Counted from the first letter of the stretch, positions 36,303-49,803 are shown. The stretch: 64,000 nucleotides of DNA from Octopus sinensis (GCF_006345805.1 NC_043007.1:5518001-5582000); one strand, 5' to 3'. Made by a program: numbers and translations. The notes: generated from the sequence alone by a model not told the origin.

Positions 36303-37719
36303 TTTGCAAAAATATTCGTAAACACATTTATATATGATTCGTAATCGAAATTCGATGGAATAATAACCCATAAATCCCCTGATTAAAGGGCTTCATAGAG
36401 CCTTCATTGAGCTTGATGCAAATCAACGGATGTGGACTCACAATAATATTGGTGACAGATATATTGACGTTCTAATTCATAGAAAGGCGACAGCATTTCG
36501 CAGCTGTGGATGATAATATATCAACAAGACCAGGTGCTTGGAGTTCCAGCACATAGCAGCACCGTAGTCGTAGTGGCCAGAGACGAACGTTTTAACACTG
36601 CAGTATTAAATATAGAGCAGACGTATTGTATAAAATTATTTCCTATTTCTATGACAACAGAATATAGAAATTCAAAACAGAAAAAACAAATAGATGCATT
36701 TGTTTGACAAAGAATACGGCATGAAGATTATGTAACTTTGCGGCTACGAAAGACAAATATGCCATCAAAGCCAGGTGTTTTAAGTTCCAACAGATAACCA
36801 TGTTTGGAAGACTAAATATTATTACATTCAAAATAATACAGACGTAGTTTATAGAATTATTTTCTATTTCTGTGACTCTAGTGAAGGACAAAGAATAAAG
36901 CAAAGGGAAGATGTTGAAAATAGGAATTTAATTATATCGATCGAATAACATGTTTGTTGAATATTATTTCACGCTGTAGAAAGAGTTTGATGAATATCGA
37001 TTTAATATCTTTTACAATATAGCAATTAAATTTCGTTAAACGTTCGCAAAGATTAGGGTAATTTTGTCATGACGGCTTTATGGTAAAATTTCGAAGTGTT
37101 TAGGTGTCAATTCGGAATACTAATTCTGTTGACAGCCAGTCTTGGAAAATAGAACAGTTTGAATAATTTTTAGTGCATATGGGATTAGTATATTTTTGTA
37201 GCTTCTCCAAGAGAAATCATTGACATTCATAACATGAAAAGTTCTACAAAGGAAAACAGTAAAGCAATCACAATTATAATTATCGGTGCCACAGTAATTA
37301 TCTGAAGCCATGAATAACCAAGTTAATAATGCCTACCATCAAGCAATTGAGCAGTCTGGCATTAAAATTCTGTAAGCAGGATTCCACTGCGTCAGTAGAA
37401 AAGACACTTAACTGTTAATGGCTGCGTCAATAAATCAAATACAAGTAACGACCAGAAGCTGTTATGACAACTCTGTAAGTTGTGATAGAAATATTTAATT
37501 GAGAAATGTTTTGTTGACTTCTGAAACAAAGCGATTTCATAGACAAGTTAGCAATAATAGGTTGGTGCCTTATCAATGGAGGAATCTTTTATGATTGTTC
37601 AGTGGAATCTCAAATCCGTAAAAGAAATGATTATATATTGAGCATTATTTGTCGTTATCACATAGCAACTCCATTTAGACGATGTGTGGTCATAGCACAC
37701 GCGATTCACTAGTTTAAGG

Positions 37720-39165
37720 GGTTCTTGAGATACCGCAGAGTTTCCTTTGTCAAAGCAATCCGACTTCATGCAGTCTCCTGCATTCGGTTTAAAAGATCTT
37801 TACTCCAGCGTCTCACACAGACCTTCCGATTAACAGCCTGGAGTTCCAACCGATTGGGAAGGACACCGCATAAATGAGGCCTACATCCTGTCTCGATCTT
37901 GCTGAAGAGAATCATCTTTTGAGAGCTGGTTACCTGACATACGAATGATGGCCAACCCAGTGGAAAAGTCGACGAAGGGTGCAGGCCTCAGTGCTGTAGA
38001 TCCCGTCCCTTGAGTGTATTTCGGTACGAGGCACATTGTCCTTCGATGTGGTGGCCGGGGATATATTGGAGAGAACGGATATGGAAAGCTTCCAGTTGTC
38101 TGATTTGGTACCGATAAAGGGTCCAGCACTCAGGGTTATACAGAAGGGTGGATCCATGGTCACCTCGATAAACGGATATTTTTGTGCTTGCTCTAAGGTT
38201 CTTGTTTTGAAAGACTCGTTCGCTGAGTTTCATGAAAGATGCAGAGGCCAAGTTGATCCGACGAAGTGTCGCCTCGTCAAGGAGTCCAGTGTTAGATATT
38301 GTGAAATGAGTCCGCCCGCGGTAGAGGAACATCATCAAAAAGGACGAGATGAGGGGAGATAAGTACGGGAAGGTTGATTGGAGAACTTCAGCTTTTTGAT
38401 ATTTTACTTTAAGACCAAGCTGGGAATAGGCACGCTTCACTGAGTTTGACATGTTTTGAAAAGAGGCAGAGGTATGAGATGGTTTCAGCTGAATCGTCTG
38501 CATATTGAATCTCATTCTCCATGGTTGAGAGGATTTCTGATGTGGCTTTCTGGCAGCAAGTGCTAAAAATGCTGTCACCATAGAATTATGTGATACAAAT
38601 TCTGTCTTTTTTTTTATGAACTGTCTCCTAGAAAGAACAGTTACAGCCACGATGTAAACGTTGAAAAGTACAGGGGTTAGGATGCATCCTTGTTCTTTCC
38701 CTACCTGGATATCAAAGGGTTCAGACACTTCACCGCCAAGTATCACTCTCGCTTGCATACCACCATGAAACTTCTGCGATATCGAGAGAAATGTTAGTGG
38801 ACAACCAAAATACTGGAACAGGCGACACAACATAGAACGGTTGACCGTGTCAAACGCCTGTCTTGGATTGATGAAGACGAAATGTATGTCTCTACTGTTC
38901 ACCACACTTTTCAAGAAGACTGGCTACAATTATCATGTCAGAACTGGTCGAAGTCCACTCTGGGACTCAGGCATGACCATGTTGATAACATCAAACAGAT
39001 GTTGTCGGAGAATACATAAGAAGGTCTTGCCGGCGTTTTCCGGGAGAGAGATTCCCCGAAAGTTGCCACACTCTGTACACACTTCCTTGCGCTGGTAGAT
39101 TGTGACTATATTAGAGTAATATTTATCCTCATTTAATACTAAATTTGAATACATATTAATACTGC
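37720..39165 (-). mobile_element. RTE-clade LINE fragment (RT domain), degenerate
   Basis: CGNFRGISL..AGK..PESQSG, FVFINPRQAFDTVNR, QGCILTPVLFNVY, QYADD (38493-38504), RINLASASF.KLSERVF, TKISVYR, ECWTLYRYQIRQLEAFH. Confidence 0.88.
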
Positions 39166-39201
39166 TTTTGTCGCTCACACGCACACACGCACACAAACAC
39201 A

Positions 39202-39278
<77 letters not shown>

Positions 39279-39520
39279 CAAAGTAAAGTGGAAGTATTTA
39301 TTCATTAATTATGTATTACTCCATAAATGGATTCAATCATTGGGCTGTGCTTAGAATGGCGCATCGCATTCAAGAGTTAATTCAACATACTGACCCCACA
39401 ATTTAAATAAGTTTCGTATGCATTTTATAGAATCACTAAGTCAAGATTTTTAAAACAAAGAGCTTACACCGATAAAATCAGGCACACATATACACAGCAA
39501 TACGTACATTTATGCACACA

Positions 39521-39560
<40 letters not shown>

Positions 39561-39599
39561 ACACACACACATGCACACACGCACGTACACATACGTAAA

Positions 39600-39780
39600 G
39601 CATGTAGGAATCATGAGATCCCGGTTTCGATGCGGCCGCATGACATATTGGGCAAGTGTCCTTTTCTATATTCAAGTACTGACACTTGTGAGTAAAATTT
39701 AGTTGACGGAAACTGTATGGAAGCCCTTCGGATGAATTGAAGCTGTAATTCAAGAGATACAGCCATGTCGCACAATGCCA
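39600..39780 (+). mobile_element. Degenerate SINE head (family 1-related)
   Basis: cccggtttcgatgcggccgcatgacatattgggcaagtgtc...gacggaaactgtatggaagccc aligns to the family 1 head. Confidence 0.55.
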
Positions 39781-39957
39781 CACTGATTTCGCATGAGTAT
39801 TAAAAGCGTGTCTGTGGAGTACTCAACCGCATGCACTTTGATTAAACGGGCTCCGTTTAGTTGAGTGTAGAACTGAACAAGGAAGATGTCTTTGCATTCT
39901 TGGGCGTGAGAGGGATTCTGTGAAAGTGTGTGGAGAGAAGGAAAGTAAGTATCTTAC

Positions 39958-40045
39958 CTCGTAAAACGTTTCACTTTTGAAATTCTTTGTGTAGAGAATG
40001 CATACTGGATCGGATTTAGAGAACAGGTCTCTATCCCTCAAGTTC
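39958..40045 (-). CDS. CPNE: Copine coding exon (88 nt; (x)NLRDRDLFSKSDPVCILYTKNFKSETFYE), start of C2A
   Basis: ttgtttttaattcag|G AAC TTG AGG GAT AGA GAC CTG TTC TCT AAA TCC GAT CCA GTA TGC...TAC GAG|gtaaga. Hallmark NLxDxDxFSKSDPxC; phase 0 out joins FGRTE. Confidence 0.96.
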
Positions 40046-41632
40046 CTGAATTAAAAACAAAAAACGTCCACAATATAACTCATTATAAAATAGTGCATAT
40101 TATGTGTCGGGAAACCCTTACAATACAGGATTTAGAGTAAAAATTTCATTTTAATTACCTTAAAAGATATCTATGAAATGGAGCTTAAACCGTCAATTTT
40201 ATTTGTAGCAAGTCGTTGAACCACATGAAATTTATTCTAAACTGTTTAATTATAAGGGCAAAGTGTCGCTGTTTAGCCGCACCTAAATACATTTTAAGGG
40301 CAATATGTTGTCGTTAAGCTTTAGATTAGCCTTTATTGATAGCGTCAATAAATAAAGGCGTTCCTGATATGATCATACCGTCTAGCTTTAGGATAACAAT
40401 ATTCTTTTCAGTTAACTTGATACCAATTCCACACCTAATACATTTTAATTTGTCTATTTAAAGGGCAACGTTTTGTTGTTTAACACAGGGTCATCTCTTA
40501 TTAATCGTATTTATAATTAGAGGCTTTCTAGTTATGATCATAACATGTTTTTTCCAGATATTGGGAGTGTAACGTCCAATTTGTCCTTCCTGCGCTCTTC
40601 TTTTTAAAATAGTAGCATCTGTTCTGAGGGAGATTTGGCTGCTATTTCTAACAAGAAGAACGACCAGGTAGAAATTTCTTCCTTTGCTTATAGAACAACA
40701 TATTTGTTCAGCTGTGGTTTTGTATTTTTGAAATCAGTGTCTTGTTTGTTTATCAGTTGTATACTCAATTAAATTAGACAGGATTTAATTATCAAAAACA
40801 CATTATGGAGTAAGATAATGAGATAAAACAAATATGTATGACAGTTAACTAAAATATCAATTTATTTATCTTGTAAAAATAGCAATTTTAAAATTCCGAA
40901 AAACAAAACGAAACCAAAATACCACTACTCCCAAACACAGATTCGTATAAATGTATGTAGCAAAAAGGTAACAATAACAACAAAAAAATGTAGTCAGGTA
41001 ACTTATTAAGAACTGAATCTCCACAAATTCTTACTCCGAGTTTCTCACGGTTGATCCAAAAACCCATCCGTCGTCCGTCTGCCGTCCGTCTGTCTGTCTG
41101 TCTGGCTGCCCACCCTATCTTTCTCTCTCTACCTATCCCTCTCTCATGCTCTCTATCGCACTATCTCTCTCTCTCTCTCTCTCTTTTACTCTCTATTCCT
41201 CTCTCCCTCCCTCTCTTTCTCGCGCGCTATTCATGAGATCGGAAAAAGCCACTCGGATGGCCTCCACAACTATAAGATGATTTTCTTAAACGATTTACAC
41301 CAAAACAGAAAATAATGACGCAATTAAGAAAGAATTAAAAGCGTGCTGCTCGATACAAATTATACAAGGATATAAAGTTTCTGGGAGAACGTATTTGAAT
41401 ATAGTTGGGTCGAAATGTAGTATATAGAATTGGGTATATCAGCTGAGTGGTTTGTTTTTCCATAGAACTGAACCATTCAATAACGGTGGGGCTGCAATTG
41501 TATTGATCTCATCTCGCATAGGATGGTCATTCGAGGTGGTTATGGAGGATGAGAGTTGCATAAATAAGTACTGGAATCTGAATATATATACATAATTATT
41601 CATTTATAAAGATCGATTGTTATAGCCGGTCA

Positions 41633-41697
41633 TCGAGTGACCATTGGTTTCGCGGCTATAAAGCACTTAGTCGTATAGGCAACTCCTCAGATTCAAA
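41633..41697 (-). ncRNA. Candidate type I hammerhead ribozyme (GUC site)
   Basis: Minus: TTTGAAT CTGAGGA GTTGCCTATA-13nt-TATAGCCGC GAAA CCAATGG TC ACTCGA. The core is canonical, stem III is ACC/GGT, 5 of 6 stem I positions pair, and stem II is irregular. Confidence 0.5.
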
Positions 41698-41963
41698 TGG
41701 CCGGAGGCACATAACCCCTCTACAACAGGAGTGAAGAAAACGTCATGGTCAGTTAGTTTTGATATTCTCTGTAAATGCGCAAAAACCATTTTAAGGACTA
41801 CATACTTTCTATTGTTGATACTGGATTAGCGAAACAATTATGACAACGGAATTAAGGGAAAAGCCCGCTTTTCCGAGAATTACCAGGTACGTCAGCTAGT
41901 GAATACATACATACATATATACATACGTACATATACACACACACACACACACACGCACACACA

Positions 41964-42064
<101 letters not shown>

Positions 42065-42274
42065 CAAGCATACATACGTGTATACACATGCGCACAAACA
42101 AACAAACAAAAAGGATGCAGCTCTGATAACGAACAGAGTCAATGACTATTGAAAAAGTTACAAAATGCATTGAAAATTTATGAGCAAATAAATAACTAAA
42201 CGAGTGGAAACCGAACCGGTGAGTGTGTCAAACAATCAGACGTTGAAAGAGAATGACTCTCCCCAGACACAATA

Positions 42275-42322
<48 letters not shown>

Positions 42323-42323
42323 G

Positions 42324-42415
<92 letters not shown>

Positions 42416-42624
42416 ATATCTCTCTATCTATCTATCTCTGCATCTTTGCAGTCACTTGAGACCCCATGTTAGAAAAAGGCGAAAGAAAAGTAATGGAAGC
42501 GGGTGTGAAGGCTTGAATCCAGGAAACCCAGGAAGACGATGAGGAGTGTACACACATTTATGTACGCGCGCGCACACACACATGCAAACACATACCCTCT
42601 CTCACACACACATACATACAAACA

Positions 42625-42658
<34 letters not shown>

Positions 42659-42670
42659 AACACACACACA

Positions 42671-42708
<38 letters not shown>

Positions 42709-43100
42709 ATGTTCAAGATAAAGAAAGCATGGTTCATGCATATAAAGTAATGTAGAGCTCTAGTTCCGAGATATCTTAATGCAGTAACGGAAAATCGCAG
42801 AACCGCCAGTCTGTTTTTGTCTTTTAGAGAATCTCTTCCATCCAAGATAAAATGAGAGGCTAGTTACAAGAACATTTTAATGTATTCAATCTGATTAGCG
42901 GAATCAGTTCGTGCTGTCTGCTAGGTAAATGATATAATTAAGAATCTATTCAATGAAGAATTCGCAATGTCTGGAACTTGAATGACATTTTCAAGAATGA
43001 AAAATCAGAAGCATTCATTATTTTAACCTATAATATGAATATTTTTGTTATCCTATTCTCTTCGACTTTTCACAAACATCCAGATACGACGACTTCTCAC

Positions 43101-43165
43101 TTGCATGATACACGAAAACAATTCCAGAAACAATCCTTGCTATCTGAACCCAGGTAAAAACACAC
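43101..43165 (-). CDS. Weak candidate upstream copine exon (..FRVSC(K))
   Basis: ttttatacag|GTG...CGT GTA TCA TGC AA|gtgaga. The phase-2 end would give VSCK-NLRDRD, but the rest (VCFYLGSDSKDCFWNC) does not match the usual xKVELxVSC and there is no ATG. Confidence 0.22.
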
Positions 43166-43533
43166 CTGTATAAAATCTGCGTGTGCGTATGTATGTATGT
43201 ATGTATGTATGTATGTATGTATGTATGTATGTATGTATGTATGTATGTATGTATGTATGTATGTATGTATGTATGTGTGTATGTACGTACGTATGTATGT
43301 ACGTATGTATGTATGTATGTATGTTTGTATGTATGTATGTGTTTGTATGTATGTATGTATGTATGGATGTATGTATGTATGTATGGATGGATGGATGCAT
43401 GTATATATGTAAGTATGTATGCATGAATGTATACATGTATGCATGTATATATGTATGTATGGATGTATGTATGCATGTATGCATGTATGTATGGATTATG
43501 TACGTATGTATGTACGTACGTATGTATGTATGT

Positions 43534-43865
43534 TCTCTCTCTTAGACTCCGCCGGTTACGACGACGAGGGTCCCAGCTGATACGATCAACGGAACAGCTT
43601 GCTCGTGAAATTAACGTGCAAATGGCTGAGCATTCAACAGACACGTGTACCCTTAACGTAGTTCTCGGGGATAATCAGCGTGACACAGAGAGTGACAAGG
43701 CTGACCCTTTGAAATACGAGTACAACTCATTTTTGCCAGCTGAGTGGACTGGAGCAACGTGAAATAAAGTGTCTTGCTCAAGGACACAACGCGTCACCGG
43801 GAATCGAACTCACAACCTTACGATCATGAGCCGAATGCCCTAACCACTAAGCCACGCGCCCTCAC
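43534..43865 (-). mobile_element. tRNA-derived SINE (family 4) inserted in (TATG)n
   Basis: Minus head gagggcgcgtggcttagtggttagggcattcggctcatgatcgtaaggttgtgagttcgattcccgg (A and B boxes), then gtgtccttgagcaagacactt. Confidence 0.8.
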
Positions 43866-43995
43866 TGTATGTATGTATGTATGTATGTACGTACATATGT
43901 ATGCACGTATGTATGTATGTATGTATGTATGTATGTATGGATGCATGTATATATGTAAGTATGTATGTATGCATGAATGTATGCATGTATGCATG

Positions 43996-44029
<34 letters not shown>

Positions 44030-44169
44030 TGTATGTACGTACGTATGTATGTATGTATGTATGTATGTATGTATGTATGTATGTATGTATGTGTGTATGT
44101 ATGTATATATGCACTGAAAACTATCAGGCAAGACAAAGTCCAAGACACGAAGTTCCCTCTCTCTCTCTC

Positions 44170-44390
44170 TCTCAAGCTGATCTGCCAAGCATTTACGAAC
44201 TGCTAAGGAAAGTACAAATCAGGTGTGAAGACCACATTTTTTCGAATACTTGACACACAACTCCCCAAGAGACTGTTTTGCAGCGAACAGGCGAGAGACA
44301 GGCTCATGCACGGGGGACAGAAAACGCACTTCAAGGACACACTTAAAGCTTCACTAAAAAGCTTTGTGATCAGCAGGGAAACGGAAGGCA
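44170..44390 (+). mobile_element. RTE-clade LINE C-terminal fragment
   Basis: ADLPSIYELLRKVQIRCEDHI / RILDTQLPKRLFCSEQARDRLMHGGQKTHFKDTLKASLKSF matches the RTE LPKxLFYGEL..GGQKKRFKDTLKxSLK motif. Confidence 0.75.
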
Positions 44391-44428
44391 AATTCTATAG
44401 TCTTATACTTATACAAACATTTTGCATG

Positions 44429-44482
<54 letters not shown>

Positions 44483-44483
<1 letters not shown>

Positions 44484-44983
44484 TAGCAGTATCGCCCGGC
44501 GTTGCTCGGGTTTGTAAGGGAAATAACTATATAAGCATTTTTAGAGAGTTACTTCCCTTATAGATGCCAATTCGGGCTTTCTTAGCCATTTCTGTTTTGG
44601 TGTCTTCAAGCCATGAAGTCGTTGTTCTAAAAGAACGCTGGTCTCCTTGACAACGCATTACGACGTTGATTTCTTTACACTCCCTTCCCCAGAGTTTCAC
44701 GAGGGAGGGAAGAAGGGGGAGAAGCAAACAGGTGCAGCTGTGAGCGTGGACGCCAACTCCGCCGCCATCGACACACGAAAAATTATGCATTAAAGTGGAA
44801 TAAAAAATGATGTTAAATTATTTTTAAAATCGTAGACTCATCGTTGACGCGCGCTAATAGCCAAACGGGCTCGATATGAATCACGACTATAAGATACCCG
44901 AAGTTGGTTAAAATGTGGGAGGAGTTAGGAATCTAAATCGAAGGGGACAGACACTCACACAACTAGAGTTTTATATATATAGA
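44483..44983 (-). mobile_element. Non-autonomous Helitron (501 bp)
   Basis: Minus strand A|TCTATATATATAAAA ... CCCG-agcaacgc-CGGG cgatactg CTAG|T. This shows the 5' TC, subterminal GC hairpin, 3' CTAG, insertion between A and T, and no TSD. Confidence 0.8.
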
Positions 44984-45660
44984 TATATACATATACACAT
45001 ACACATATGTCTATGCTCATGCACACTAGGTGTCCGAGACAAATAATAAACATTTTATCATCGTTAATGTAAGGTTACGAATAACTGTGATGTCACTACA
45101 TACAGTCAACTTGCAATTCATCTCCGCGAATTCTAAGAAATCAAGAACGAAACAGTTGGTTCCTTGAGTTACAAGGGCAGTTCATTTGACAACGGTTCGC
45201 ACAATTTCAGTCTACAAGGTTGGGGTCAAAAAACACTTGCTTAAAAATCCAAGCAGTGAGATCGAACCCGGAATCTCGTGATTTCAAAGCAAGTTTCTTA
45301 CCCATTCGGCCAAGGCACGTGCTCAGCATAGGTTCCATAAATGTTACATGATTTCACTGCCACTCTACATGCCAGCACCATTAACTCTAAAGAGAGCAGG
45401 GACCAGCGAGCGAGTTACTACATGATAACTGAACCCGATGGAGATAGACTGCATCCTGATCCTACTGTCTGAACAAGAAGCAGACATACAGGATAATGTG
45501 GTTCTGGATACACTTTCTCTGATGTGAAAATGCTGAGATAGCTGTGGCTGGAGGATCTTTGGCCAAAGGTTTTCTCACCCTACTCAACAGCTCAACAATT
45601 ACAACAAACAATGCACTGTATGGTTACGTACGTAGCGGCGTGACGCTAAGCAACAAGAGC

Positions 45661-45734
<74 letters not shown>

Positions 45735-47164
45735 GCCCCGCAGCCATCCCAACGCCCGCCATCATCTTAATTGTTAGAAAAGAAAATTTGCGTTCAATGC
45801 TCGAATAGTTTCCATGAAGTTCTGTTCTATCTTTCGACAGGTGTCACCATTATCTTTCTTCTGTCTTCCCAAAGTTTCTCTGACTTCCAGTAATGTCAGA
45901 CTGGAAGCTCCTCAATCAGATATTAGCACCAAGATTACAGATTATTTTCGCTTGGAAAATTAAATATTCAACAAAAAATTTAACCTGTAAAAGACGTTTT
46001 TTTTTCAATTTTTTTTCAGCAAATACATTTTTAAAATTTAGTATTATATCATTGATTTACTGCCCAACACCAAGAAATAATATTTTCAGTTGGGCAATCA
46101 TCACCCTTTACAAGTTCATGATCTTCCTAGAAGAACCTCACAGAGTTCGGCGAAGGCCCGTGGCTCTCATGGGATTTCTGAGACAAGTTAAATCAACACA
46201 GTTAAGGTTCCTCTAGAACAACTGTTAGTTAATGGGTGCTGGAATAACATGGGGAGAAAAGAAGGGAAATTTGAAATTATTGACTTGTTCTCGCTTGTAA
46301 CAAAGGTGAGTACCATAACTCACTGAGTTTTCGGTCCTCCATCGAATATTTCATCATAATGCAACACGTGAATCAGAACCTGATGTGGCAGAACCTATTT
46401 CTTGCAAGCTTTACTAAAAACTGAAGTTGAATGTTGCTTGGTAACCAAAGAAAACAAAACATTTCTGCTCTTTACATTCATCCTACGATTCACAATGCTG
46501 CGTGGCTTCATGTTATGCTGTAATATTTATAATGAACTAAATAGGGATCATAGGGGTTAAATATGTTTACTTAGGGTCCAGTACAGCACTAGTAACAGGG
46601 GATAGATAATTGATCCTTTACTTACACATTTCGTTTTATAATAAAAATATATATGTTAATTGTACATAACAGTTCATTCGCATATACTCCAGTCCTGTTT
46701 GTTTTGCCTCAGGTCAGTCCTGGACGAGTAGACTTTTATGATCCAAAAAGCCCCAGTCATGACGACTCTACTCTTATTTCAGGCATTGAGTATCAACGAT
46801 TAAATTATTCAGCAGGTTTCCTTGAAAGAGATCGAAGAGATTCCATCGTTCTCCATTCCATCCTCATCTCGATCATCGCATTTCTATTATAACACTGTTA
46901 CTTCTTTTTTTTAGGCGGCAAAGAATAATTTGAAAGGGTTCTTGTTGGAAGGTCATTTAGAGATTTCCTCTTGGAAATCCTGCCTTTAATATGCCTTCAA
47001 AGGTTTGATACGAGGCGAAACATGTTAAGGGAAGAGGGTTAATCGATTATAATGATCCCAGTACTTGACATTATTTTATCAACATGGTACATTATTTTAT
47101 CAACATGGACTTAGAACGCAAAGAATCGGAAGAAATGCTGCTACGCATTTTGTCCGACACGTTA

Positions 47165-47390
47165 ATGATTCTGTTACCTCGCCGCCATAGCGATGGAAAC
47201 AAGCCAACACCTGTTGACAAGCAGCGGGGTGACAAACACAAACACACAAACACGACGGATTCCATACAGTTTTCATCTACAAAATTCATAGACAAGGCAT
47301 TGGTCGGTCCGAGGCTAAAGTAGGAGCACAAGGGAACTGAACCTGAGACCACTTGGTTGCTTCTTAACAACACAACCACATTTGCACCTA
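47165..47390 (-). mobile_element. Old SINE (family 1-related) remnant
   Basis: gacaaacacaaac..cgacggattccatacagttttcatctacaaaattc..caaggcattggtcggtccgaggcta aligns to family 1. Confidence 0.65.
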
Positions 47391-48239
47391 CACGTTCTGA
47401 TAATAAATTTGTTTTGTTTCATGTCGCGTGGGAAATGACATCAATGTTCGCAATCTCCGGCGCATTGCGTTTAAAATGTAAAGCAGAGAGTTTAAAATAT
47501 GGATTGTAGGATAAAAGGCGCGAAGCAACTCTTTCAGAGAGCAAGGTATACTTTTTGTTGCTTTTTCTCTAAATTTGAACTAATGTAACTGAAACTATAA
47601 AAAAACATTAATTTAGACGTTTGGAGAATGTTGTGTTAACCCACGAACGGTGCAGTTTCAGAAATTTTGCGCTGAAAATACGAAATCATGGATATTGTGC
47701 TTCACTATAAAAATACATATGTTATAAAGGAAGAGCAATTAAGAATTCTGCGAGCAAGAAACTGTAAAACGACGGGCAAATAACTTGCAGTAGACATGGT
47801 AATATCTTCTGAGACTCGTCCTGCTATTTTTTCCTCATCAAGTAAAATGATGAAGCTTGATAATTAGATCCCACAAGAATTGCCTGAAAATCGGATATTG
47901 TGGCAACTAAAGTGGAATGTAACGCAGCTCATTGGCGACATAAAGAAAACTTTATGCACCGTTTTGTTACTTGTGAAGAGAAAAGGATATTTTTACTTTT
48001 GTTTCAGTGAGAAGCGAGAAGCAATGGCCATAATGAGTAACCACGAGGCAAATTGTTTGATAATATAAAACGAGCTGAACAATGGTTAGATGCAGACGTC
48101 TGTAAAGTTTTGAACATTTTAAAAAGCAAACACAATTTAAATGGTTAAAGTGAATATATGGAGCTTTGTATGAAGAGGTTTAATTTATTAATACTAATCA
48201 ACCAGTGTAACATCACGGTGATAGGAAATGGACTGTAAA

Positions 48240-48520
48240 CATGAAGAATTCAAGTCAAAGCATCAATATCGCTGAACAGAGATGAACAAATGTTGTTTGA
48301 CGATAACACTCAACCATATACTTCTGACATCACGCTTCGGATATTAACAGAGCCAGGTTATGCAATTATATTGCGTTCCCGATTGTCTTCAAGCATCTCC
48401 CCAACGCATCACCACATTTTACAACATTTGGAATCGTTAATAAAGGATCAGCGAACCAACAAGCGGTTGTTGAATCATTTCAGCAGTTCTCAGTCTCAAA
48501 GCACGAACAGCATTTTATAA
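48240..48520 (+). mobile_element. Very old mariner transposase remnant
   Basis: LFDDNTQPYTSDITLRILTEPGY...SSISPTHHHILQHLESL resembles LHDNARPH..T...L.ELG+E...SPDLSPTDYH.F.HL. Confidence 0.45.
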
Positions 48521-49249
48521 TTTGCATATTTAATTTAATACACGTTTTCAACGATGTAATTGAATATAATGGAACATATTTTAATTCAATAATTTTTTAA
48601 AACCCCGTTTATAATATCATTACTTTTTCTTTTAACAAAACAATGTTTCAGGTGGTACAAGCAACAAGAAATAAAATGTGACACGCCAATTTTACATCAT
48701 AACTCTGGTTTTTGCATTACTCTTTTACATCTTGTTTCAAACCCGTTTATATCCTTCTCTATACGAAGCACAGTGTCGTCGAGGTTGTGTTATTCGACTA
48801 CAGCGCGTAGGAAAACAAGTGAAAACAATACAACTGCAGTCGTTATTCTGAGCTTCTGTGTTAAAGGTATTGTTCAGTATTCTCTTAATGGATTGGCCTG
48901 GGAGAAGAGGCTGCAACTATGGTCTTCTTCGTAGTCTATTCGAAACGATGCGATTGATGTGCCTTTGGAGGCGATGTGAGTGATAATGTGCCTTTTGAAC
49001 AATTTCAGATTGATGAAGGAAATGAAAAACGTTGGTGTAAGGATTGGATGGGGAAGAAGAAGAAGAAGAGAGAGGAGACTGGAAAAAATGTATGGGTGAT
49101 GTAATGAAGAAAAGGAGTGAGTCGTGAGAATATGAGTGGAAGTGGCATAAGACCAGCCATCTCCATTGCTACTCCGCTGCCTGTTCCCGACAAACCATGG
49201 AATATTTCATACTCGTCATAAAATGGGTGCTAGCGCTTGCGCATTAGAA

Positions 49250-49450
49250 ACCCTTGTATCACTAATTGCAGCTCCTATCTAAATCGAGTGCCCTGAGGTT
49301 GTTGAGCAAGTGACCTTGCTTCCAAGTTGACTCCAAGCCACGAACATTCACACTCCCCACTCTGAAAACAGCTATATTTATCGGAGAAACAAAATGGAGA
49401 AAGGTCACATACTTAGGGATTACAAGAGCGTCACTGTCTCCCTTGTTCAC
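49250..49450 (-). mobile_element. LINE AP-endonuclease N-terminal fragment
   Basis: FRVGSVNVRGLESTWKQGHLLNNLRALDLD matches the APE start motif (+xSxNVRGL). Confidence 0.55.
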
Positions 49451-49772
49451 CAGGTACTTTGTGGCAATTTCATTTGCCTGTATTGCAAACGCATAGTCTA
49501 CAAATTTTTTTGCGAATTGTAATTTAAAAATGTTTTTGAGTTGGATGTATTCCGCATCTTCGCTACTGAGTCAGCTAAATTTGAAGACACACTTGAATAT
49601 AGCGATGGCGGGAGCGGTTGTTTACATAATTCTTTTACGCCGCTTCTGGCATATTCGGACCCATTTTCAGTGTTCTGGGAGGATCGAGGACCAGTGGATT
49701 TGTCTTTGTATGTATGTATGTATGTATGTATGTATGTATGTATGTATGTATGTATGTATGTATGTATGTATG

Positions 49773-49803
<31 letters not shown>

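Noticed and set aside
46090-46305. Plus-strand exon(s) of a second gene (ttttcag acceptor at 46089, AAG|gtgagt donor at 46306; also ORF 46653-46892)
   Set aside because: There are in-frame stops, no recognisable protein motif and no partner exons; splice-like motifs occur by chance at this density.
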